DNA of 64,000 nucleotides. Origin: Bdellovibrionales bacterium (GTDB lineage Bacteria > Bdellovibrionota > Bdellovibrionia > Bdellovibrionales > UBA1609). Numbering within the stretch: position 1 is the first letter of the stretch; every line of letters begins with the position of its first letter. The position numbers and the translations under genes are program-made. The DNA lies in the NCBI GenBank assembly GCA_041740515.1, contig JBGSLV010000036.1:4429-68428 (forward strand). Direction: 5' to 3'. The notes beneath the pieces are model-generated. The model was not told the DNA's origin and did no database searches. It saw nothing but the letters and a program-made list of their open reading frames with translations. Positions 57,701 to 64,000 of this stretch are shown one piece after another.

Positions 57701-60591
57701 GCCACCACCGGAGCCACTGTTCCTACACCGTCTAAAGTTTCTAGAACAAATGGTCCTCGACACTGGCTAGTTAAAGAACTTACTGGCAACACAGGAGGTG
57801 TTATACGAAACGCAGATGGGCTGATCGTTAATGTTCGAGTACTAGACTGGGTCATTCCCAAGGCCACATTCGAAATAAAAATATTTAAAATCTCAGCCTG
57901 GTTACCACGGAAATATACGGGTGTTGATCCCGATCCATTCGGCATAGTGATTGTCGTATTAGACCCACCACCTGTGCATGACGAAGATGTGTAAAATCGG
58001 CCAGTGGTTGATACTCCCTGTACACCGTTGATGGTTAGATTTAAATTTTGATGTGCAGGAACAACATTATTTAAAGTGTCTCGAAGACTTACCGTAAATG
58101 CAGTTGAACATTGACCTGCGACAACGCTTGATGGTCCTGTATAATTAATTCTTGAAGCTAAAACTTTAATCTCTTGCGGCAAGGACACCGTAGTAATTAA
58201 ACCATTTGGATCAGCGGCGTTAACCATTAAATTTTCACCCACAGGATCTCTTAAATAAACAAAAGTATTTGAATTTGGCGCGGCCCCTAAACTCATTGGA
58301 AAACTTGTAGCCGTAATCGCCGTTGTACAAGTATCATCAGAAAAAAGCGTGGCACTTGACCCTAATATACCAGACATAGCTATATTAATTGTTCCAAAAA
58401 CTTGTCCTTGGGTGTCGTCCTCTGCAAGGGGTGAAATCACAATTCGAGTTGAACATTGTCCAGATAGAACCGTCAGCAATGTTCCTGGGGCTGCAGGAAT
58501 AGCAGCTTCAGCCAATAAACGAATTTTACTTGGTGTGATATTCAAAGCGTAGTTTGCCGCTGTTAAAACAGATGAAGAGTCAGAGACTGCAATATTTAAA
58601 GCCAATGATTTATTATTTTTTAAATAAAGAATTTTAGTGTTTTGTCCTGTACTGAATAGAACATTGGTACTTAGTGGTGCGCCCCCACATGTGTTGCTAG
58701 AGTAAAAACTTGAAGTCCCATGACCAGAGATTTGCACGGTTGTATTACCAGTGGCGTTGGCTAAATTGCCTCCTAAATCGCGAAGCTGTATTAAGATCTG
58801 ATCACTACACTGTCCCGATCGAACTTCACTAGGACCTGATACTGTAATGACTCTTGGTATGCCGGCTGTAATGTTAAAGTTATTACTTGTTGCTGGAGTT
58901 AAAACTCCAGAATTGGCGACCAAACGATAGTTGGTACCTGTTCTATCAATACCTAAATCATTAAACTGAGCAATCCCATTAACAGCGACCACAGGATTTG
59001 TTCCGGTAAGTATTGCACCATTAACGTTATTCGAAATTGTTAAAGCAATTGATGACGAAGCTTGTGCACCTGTGGTGATAAGATTGCCCTGGGCATCTTG
59101 AACTGCAAGTTGAATTGGGTTCATACTTGCCAGACCTGCAGGGGAAGTTTGTGGCTGTGCTAAAAAAGCCAATCGAGCAGGAGGCCCCGCTTTGAACGGA
59201 GCTAAAACTTGTATGGCATTAAGACCCGAGGGTGAAGTGATACTTAAAACTCTTGCCGGTGTTGTATCTGCAATTGAAGTTGAAATAGAACCAGTTGTGA
59301 CTCCCGTTGCATCGGTGTTTAACGAGGGCTGTGTTATCGAATCACCCACAATGTTCGAAGAAAATTGCGGTCTAATTCCTGAAACGGGGTTTCCAAAAGA
59401 ATCACGAAGCGTAAAAATCACTTGATAGGAATCCGAGCCATTGGCAATCAAAGCTTCAAACGGAGGAATAATGGCTGGATTAATTGTTAGTGTACTTAAA
59501 GTCGGCGAAACGTTTCCTGGTGTTATATTAAATTGGCTAGAGTCAACAACCATCTCTGGACTACCAAAAGGTAAACCTGAGGTATCAGCTTTACGTGCCG
59601 ATATTATTTTTAATCCCGACTCTTCAAAATTAATTCCAGTGAATGTGGCAACTCCCGCCACAGCATTGATGGCAAATGTTCCACCAACACTTCCGCTGGA
59701 GGGGGATGTCGGTGCGATCTCTAAAGTGATAAGAGCCGTGGCATCAGGTCCCCCTGAAACAATATTACCATTTTCATCTAAAACTCGTACTACAGGCTGT
59801 TGAGTTAATATTTGTCCCGCTTGAGCATTTCCAGGTTGGGTTGCAAAAACTAAAGATTCAGCTCGACCCAAAGCTGTAAAGGTCACAATTTGATTATTAT
59901 TATCTTCAATACCATCAACGGAAACAGCAACACGGCAATTATAAACTGTGTTTGTAACTAAGCTTGTGATTGGCACGCTTGTCAAAGTGATATCTGTAAG
60001 TGTGCTAACTAAACTGAATTCAGTTGCTGCAGCGGTTTTACAATAGACGCTAACTGCTGTGGCTTCACCGGATGTAGCAGGACTAAAATTTAAAATAGCT
60101 TCAGTGCTACTTACTACAAGTGCATTGGTTGCACCCCCATAAGCAATACCTGGAAGATCATTTTCATTTATGTCTTCCATATCTCGATCATCAACAGCTT
60201 TGACTCGAAATTGGTAAACTCTATTTCTATTTAAGCCTGAAATAATGGTTGAAGACACGTTGCCAACTTCTCGTTTAATTTCTGGGAAGGAAGGTAAAGT
60301 TGTATCGTAGATGCGATAACCTGTTACTCTTGTGCTTGAAGATTGAGTCCAAGTGATTCGGACCGAAGAGTCTGATAAAGTTTGGACTGTGGCAGCTCCG
60401 GTAAAGCCACCAAATGTTGTATCCCCATCAATGATAGCTTGAGTTAATGACTCTTCAGAAGGCATACATGAAACTACGGCATGAAGAGATAAGACTAATA
60501 TTAATCTTAAGAAATTTTTTAAGTGAAACAATCTATTAAGATTTGCTGCTTTATAATTATAAACTTGTAAAATGGCTTTTACATGTTTCAT
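54730..60591 (-). CDS. giant lipoprotein: N-terminal FN3/Ig-like (BIG) domains and a C-terminal ~900-aa NHL-like beta-propeller with a repeated 'G-C-x(8-12)-PGWC-x-GG' loop
   Basis: Met at 60591 is preceded by a GGGAGAG RBS and begins a lipoprotein signal (...LHAVVSC). 8 repeats each with 'GW[IL]G', 'GC...', 'PGWC[VRFLQ]GG' and 'LY[VI].D...R[VI]..Y'. The ORF track extends to 60696. Confidence 0.8.
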   Translation of the reverse strand: MKHVKAILQVYNYKAANLNRLFHLKNFLRLILVLSLHAVVSCMPSEESLTQAIIDGDTTFGGFTGAATVQTLSDSSVRITWTQSSSTRVTGYRIYDTTLPSFPEIKREVGNVSSTIISGLNRNRVYQFRVKAVDDRDMEDINENDLPGIAYGGATNALVVSSTEAILNFSPATSGEATAVSVYCKTAAATEFSLVSTLTDITLTSVPITSLVTNTVYNCRVAVSVDGIEDNNNQIVTFTALGRAESLVFATQPGNAQAGQILTQQPVVRVLDENGNIVSGGPDATALITLEIAPTSPSSGSVGGTFAINAVAGVATFTGINFEESGLKIISARKADTSGLPFGSPEMVVDSSQFNITPGNVSPTLSTLTINPAIIPPFEALIANGSDSYQVIFTLRDSFGNPVSGIRPQFSSNIVGDSITQPSLNTDATGVTTGSISTSIADTTPARVLSITSPSGLNAIQVLAPFKAGPPARLAFLAQPQTSPAGLASMNPIQLAVQDAQGNLITTGAQASSSIALTISNNVNGAILTGTNPVVAVNGIAQFNDLGIDRTGTNYRLVANSGVLTPATSNNFNITAGIPRVITVSGPSEVRSGQCSDQILIQLRDLGGNLANATGNTTVQISGHGTSSFYSSNTCGGAPLSTNVLFSTGQNTKILYLKNNKSLALNIAVSDSSSVLTAANYALNITPSKIRLLAEAAIPAAPGTLLTVLSGQCSTRIVISPLAEDDTQGQVFGTINIAMSGILGSSATLFSDDTCTTAITATSFPMSLGAAPNSNTFVYLRDPVGENLMVNAADPNGLITTVSLPQEIKVLASRINYTGPSSVVAGQCSTAFTVSLRDTLNNVVPAHQNLNLTINGVQGVSTTGRFYTSSSCTGGGSNTTITMPNGSGSTPVYFRGNQAEILNIFISNVALGMTQSSTRTLTISPSAFRITPPVLPVSSLTSQCRGPFVLETLDGVGTVAPVVATTQANLSGAGISGAFYSDNNCTAIITSTTFISGQSSRQFYFKGQFPETSLTLTATHSAGVLTAATQAWAVLGDLGWVGTASTQTDSNGNLLPFRMGVKPVAARYDGIRGANHIAFSPNKQFLFVADHDANRVIKYDYQSLEYRGWIGRMRRENGIGPSGSAQSIPSSALCVGTGNDQPLPGWCVGGLSINGTESTGGFSNPWGITADDTYIYVSSSNTNSVSRHRIDTGEFEGWIGLIGTTAPSGSATGGPGSCNTSTSTVSPGWCRGGSLDTGNSRIGDGRMINPNGVKVDSVFMYVGVSGAVLRYNKATGAFQGWLGIVNVTPTGGAVGCTSTPQGQRTPGWCFGGEFLYSNAQSQSGVQGGVREARDMVISGTNLYVLNSGDGGVINRYNIDTGAFIQRLANLSFNWNNPIAMDFDGSFFYVADDERILKVGATGLIESWMGKVANPSGMSGNAGCNSLASNQNTPGWCLGGTYKPGLDETSFLDNWGLALDGSGSFVTISRRFPMLKKFSVSTGNYQGSIGLESISPRSWSSDRQARVEFHGFDDYSTYNPMGSLIVGDFLFMAEVDGSRVKKFNKRTGELIGWIGAMTSTATGGQNPASCLAANAMGPSPSWCLGASNYPSFTWGDQNLIASNVNGIMQRPHGLTTDGTWLYVTDFSLHRIQRFNLDTGAYGGWIGRIGNSVANIPTGGDPGCTAAGVNSFTPGWCLGGLSREGNGDGQMYQPTAIVFHGGNLYVVDTRNHRVSSYNAATGNFNGWIGRVGSAPNPGCTTASNGNYVVSVAGWCLGGSASLASYRNDRGGGFNFDWGNYDRGGIATDGSHLYITNTRNIRIDKYTFGGVLVESTSTRQDMYVNTWQSAAANIANIGNGLDCSMPVSVWVDSNFIYGMNANTCGSGNGAAIWKMDKTTGTIVGWKGGIQASFPTSGGDPGCAGSSDLTPGWCQGGRVSSGSTLGKFNDSLGMMFGDDHFLYVTDKNGNRMTRFPK

Positions 60592-60933
60592 CTTTACTCT
60601 CCCGCTTACGTACAAATTCTTTAACAAAATTGAACAGATATTTATCGTCATGTTATATAAAGTCCTGCAGATTCTAAGAGGACATAAGTGTTTCAATTTA
60701 AGAATAGACTAAATTTTAAGACCAAAGTTCAGAAAACAAATCTTAAGATTAGGTTAAAGGATAAATCTTCATCACTCATCCAACGTAGTGGATTTAAGTG
60801 TATCAAAATAAGAATTTATTATGTTCTGATTTTTAAGATCTTAAGATTTCATGCAGAACACATTTTGAAAATGCACAAAAATATCCTTTTGAGACACTAA
60901 GATTTGTAAACATTAAGACACTATAGATTGGCT

Positions 60934-62079
60934 TTAAAAACTTAAAGCTACATAGGCATTGAACTGGTCTGTGTTTATTTTTTCAAGGGTATCGGTAAAT
61001 CTGTGGCTTGAGTATGAAAACCCATACTGTACTCTTCGAAGATTGTTTAAATTTTGGGTTAAATCCAAACTTAATTTTAAGGATCTTTCGCTAATAGGCT
61101 CCGAAAAATCATATGGTCTATAACTAATTTCAGCTCCGTAACTGATATCACTGTCACGATAGAATTCGGTTCGTAAACCCAAATCAAAGCCATATAAACC
61201 CGAAAATCCAAAAGGTGCACCTAAGGAAAAAAGGTTTATCGTGCCGCCGCCCAAAGTAATACGACTTCGATATTTAGGATTACGCACCAATGGGATTAAG
61301 TAACTTAAACCTACCCTGCCCTCAAAAAACTGTGGGTTTTCCTCCACTGGGGATGACGTATAGGTGAACAGTGTCAATAAAGCATCTGCAAAGTATCCCA
61401 ATTTATACCCTTTTTCAGGAGATGTGTACTTGGCTCCAACGAGTAAAGCTTGGGATACAAAAGTTCCAAATGAACTTTGACGATAGATCAAATACGAATG
61501 CCCAATGGAAAAAAATACCGAGTCAAAAACATTGGCCATTTTATACTCCCTAGCTTCAGGAGCAAAAAGATACAAGGTTTCACCAACTCGTTCATTCTTT
61601 GGTCCAACCGCTGTCAGATATAGCGTGCTAATTCTAGATCTAAGATAAGCGTAAACGACGTATTCACCTTCGACATCTGACTTCCGAACAGGTTCCTTAT
61701 CACTCAAAAAGATTTTCCATCCGGGTTTATTATACTTAAGTTTAAGCTTTACCATGGGTCTAAAGTTTTCACCCTGAGGCACCAAATAAACTGGAACTTT
61801 ATCAGTTTCTAATATTAAATCTTCAATACTACTGCTGCTTGTTTTATCTCTTAGAATGTGGGCTATCCAAAGCGCTTGTTTGGATTTATAAACTTCTCTA
61901 TCTTCAGGGGTGATCTGTTTGGAATTATTTGGTGTTATAGGCTTAGCAGCATCTATGGCTGGAACAGCATCTGGTTTAGACACTCCCTCAGCCAAGACGT
62001 TTTGTAAATGGAGCATCAGTGCAAATAGCAGCAAAATTTTCATACTTTTAAGGTTCTCAAATACTAAGACTTCTGACAA
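60934..62079 (-). CDS. secreted protein with C-terminal outer-membrane beta-barrel-like domain
   Basis: Signal MKILLLFALMLHLQNVLA. C-terminal half has alternating aromatic/Gly strands ending in ...YVALSF (terminal Phe). Confidence 0.5.
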   Translation of the reverse strand: MSEVLVFENLKSMKILLLFALMLHLQNVLAEGVSKPDAVPAIDAAKPITPNNSKQITPEDREVYKSKQALWIAHILRDKTSSSSIEDLILETDKVPVYLVPQGENFRPMVKLKLKYNKPGWKIFLSDKEPVRKSDVEGEYVVYAYLRSRISTLYLTAVGPKNERVGETLYLFAPEAREYKMANVFDSVFFSIGHSYLIYRQSSFGTFVSQALLVGAKYTSPEKGYKLGYFADALLTLFTYTSSPVEENPQFFEGRVGLSYLIPLVRNPKYRSRITLGGGTINLFSLGAPFGFSGLYGFDLGLRTEFYRDSDISYGAEISYRPYDFSEPISERSLKLSLDLTQNLNNLRRVQYGFSYSSHRFTDTLEKINTDQFNAYVALSF

Positions 62080-62146
62080 TGAATATCAGCGAGATGAATA
62101 AGTAATTAACCGAAATAGTCTAAAATAGTTTTGACAGGTGTATATA

Positions 62147-63496
62147 TCATTCCCCAAAAGGTGCAATAAGATGAGGAGCTTGGTAGATGCTTGTGGGACT
62201 GTTGCCTCTAAAAACTAAGCGATCTTGATCATCCCGAACACCTCTAAGTTCAACTCTAATATTACTGGTGCAAGTTATTTGGTTTGATTCAAGCAAAAAA
62301 CAAATTGATGATTCGCCAAACATTACTTTTTTAAAATTCTTTGGGGCATTGCTTACTTTGGTAAATGAACTTGCGATAGGATCTTTTTTACTTTCATATT
62401 TTAAACCCGATGGTAAAATACCTCGACAGTACAACTCCTTATCTAAGGTGACTCCACACATGGCATCAATTAAATGACTCACTTCCACAAATTTATACCC
62501 CTCAGAGATCTCTTTGCCTTGTTTAATGCTAAAGCCTAAATCGGAATAGCTTATGCCATATTTCCTTCGAGTAACCCTAAGATTAGATACATCTTCACTA
62601 AATAGATATAGTTTATTGTTAGTCGCATTTAGTACAATATTATCAGCCATTTGGAAAATATTATGCACTTCTTGATTAAAGACAAACTCATACATTGCTA
62701 AAGTTAAATCTATTGGTATTAAATATTCATTTAAATCACTCGATCTACTTCGACGTTGCCAATTATAAATTTTTCCGTCTAAACCAACAGCAAAAACGCA
62801 AGATGTGGAAAGAAAGAACTCTTTAATTTTTATGTCCGTCATCTTTAGAAAACTATAATTGTCATAGGGTGTACTTATAATTTCATTTAAATCACTTCCA
62901 CCACAAAAAAGTTCATGCTCTGAGTTCAAATAACAAATTAGACTTTCATATATTTTAAGATCTAGAAGGTCTTCGCCAAAGTTGTAAGAAATATTGCTTG
63001 TAAGTATTGATGGCAACATTCTATCAGGATCTATAAATGTCCAATTGTTATTCATATCTTCAACAGCAAGCGCTTGATATCCCATTTCTAATCTTTTAAC
63101 TCCATCAGGAATATGCAACTGCCGAAGGCCAATAAAATTTAAATAGTTATTTCCAAAGCAGTAAACATCTTTGACCAAGGCATAACAATAACTTCTACCG
63201 TAGTTGGCTGTTAACAAAACTTCATCTAGTTTTTTGACTTCCATTTTATCTTCAGAAAGTAAGTTTTGGATAATTTTGACCGCACCAGCTTGTAGATCTG
63301 TTGGCAGCTGCTGCACTAAAATCGATCGAGAGGGCACCTTTTTATCTATTCGAAGTAAGATTTGCTCACACAATTGCTGAGCATATCTTTTTTTGGTCAG
63401 TTTAATATTCATAATTTTTGCTAAAGAAGAAGAAGAAGAATTTGAAACTTCGTCCATAGATACGGCCTCTGGATTCCCATAAATCATTTCACTCAT
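62147..63496 (-). CDS. hypothetical protein, possibly RCC1-like beta-propeller
   Basis: Repeats resembling RCC1 blades ('YALVKDVYCFG', 'CVFAVGLDGKIYNW', 'CGVTLDKELYCRG'). The assignment is tentative. Confidence 0.45.
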   Translation of the reverse strand: MSEMIYGNPEAVSMDEVSNSSSSSLAKIMNIKLTKKRYAQQLCEQILLRIDKKVPSRSILVQQLPTDLQAGAVKIIQNLLSEDKMEVKKLDEVLLTANYGRSYCYALVKDVYCFGNNYLNFIGLRQLHIPDGVKRLEMGYQALAVEDMNNNWTFIDPDRMLPSILTSNISYNFGEDLLDLKIYESLICYLNSEHELFCGGSDLNEIISTPYDNYSFLKMTDIKIKEFFLSTSCVFAVGLDGKIYNWQRRSRSSDLNEYLIPIDLTLAMYEFVFNQEVHNIFQMADNIVLNATNNKLYLFSEDVSNLRVTRRKYGISYSDLGFSIKQGKEISEGYKFVEVSHLIDAMCGVTLDKELYCRGILPSGLKYESKKDPIASSFTKVSNAPKNFKKVMFGESSICFLLESNQITCTSNIRVELRGVRDDQDRLVFRGNSPTSIYQAPHLIAPFGE

Positions 63497-63601
63497 AGAG
63501 GCTAAAAAAGGTATAAAATTCTCTACAGTTTTTTGAGCATTTACAGGCTCTATACATGCAGCTTTGACCGCACTAAGGTCCTTGGTTTTAAAACCTAATA
63601 A

Positions 63602-64000
63602 TTAAATACTAAGCTTGTCCCCAGGTTTAGCTTTTAAGATCACTTCACGGGTCATGGTTAATTTAGCTCTCATGAGACCAATTCCATCAAAGGATAAATC
63701 TCTTTGCAGCAATTCTAGACCCGTCGCTTTAGTAGGTAAATAACCATTAACTTTTATTTCAATTCCATCCAAAGTAAGATCAATCTTTTGATGACTGCTT
63801 AAAGAAATATGAACAACTTTGATAAAGTCAGGTTTAAATTTACGAACCTTGGTTGTAAGTGTCAGTGCCACATGACCCACTTGGATCTGTTCAGAATGAG
63901 TCGTGATATCCTTCGAATTAAGCTCCCAAGATTTAGGTTCATCCGCTTTTGAATGAGCCGTAACAGCCGCTACATAATTGGTAAAGAGCTCGTTCAGTTC
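63602..64000 (-). CDS. hypothetical protein, 5'-truncated by the window edge
   Basis: The reading frame is open from the window edge (…ELNELFTNYVAAVTAHSKADEPKSWELNSKDITTHSEQIQVGHVALTL…KPGDKLSI*). It contains a 'DLSFDG' (DxSxxG, PilZ-like) motif, but this is not a firm call. Confidence 0.4.
   Translation of the reverse strand, partial: ELNELFTNYVAAVTAHSKADEPKSWELNSKDITTHSEQIQVGHVALTLTTKVRKFKPDFIKVVHISLSSHQKIDLTLDGIEIKVNGYLPTKATGLELLQRDLSFDGIGLMRAKLTMTREVILKAKPGDKLSI

Overview
AT-rich (~35-40% GC by eye) Gram-negative chromosomal window with a high density of secreted, lipoprotein and giant surface proteins. The overall style is that of a Bdellovibrionota/Oligoflexia-type (Bacteriovorax/Halobacteriovorax-like) genome, but that assignment is inference only. 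Recognisable content: (1) a tightly coupled Vibrio TonB2/Ttp-type operon (DUF3450-like, long ExbB-like, exbB, exbD, tonB, TPR protein) ending in a SusC-like TonB-dependent receptor; (2) a translationally coupled MerR-family regulator, LMW-PTP arsC and acr3 operon followed by a CDF transporter; (3) tex, a flotillin-like SPFH protein, a class IV aminotransferase, a Na/Pi-cotransporter-family protein, a GT2 glycosyltransferase and a TetR regulator; (4) a 1873-aa lipoprotein with about 12 tandem Ig-like repeats; (5) a ~23-kb array of genes all on the minus strand encoding three consecutive giant lipoproteins (FN3-rich 2295 aa, FG-GAP/VCBS 1092 aa, NHL-like propeller 1988 aa carrying a repeated G-C...PGWCxGG cysteine loop) plus associated outer-membrane, TPR/PEGA and bitopic membrane proteins. 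No rRNA, tRNA, CRISPR, transposase or integrase was recognised. Several short antisense ORFs inside the repeat-rich giant genes are artefacts. Starts were refined where a signal peptide plus RBS supported an internal start; the ORF track uses alternative start codons (for example TTG at 51350, GTG at 63880).
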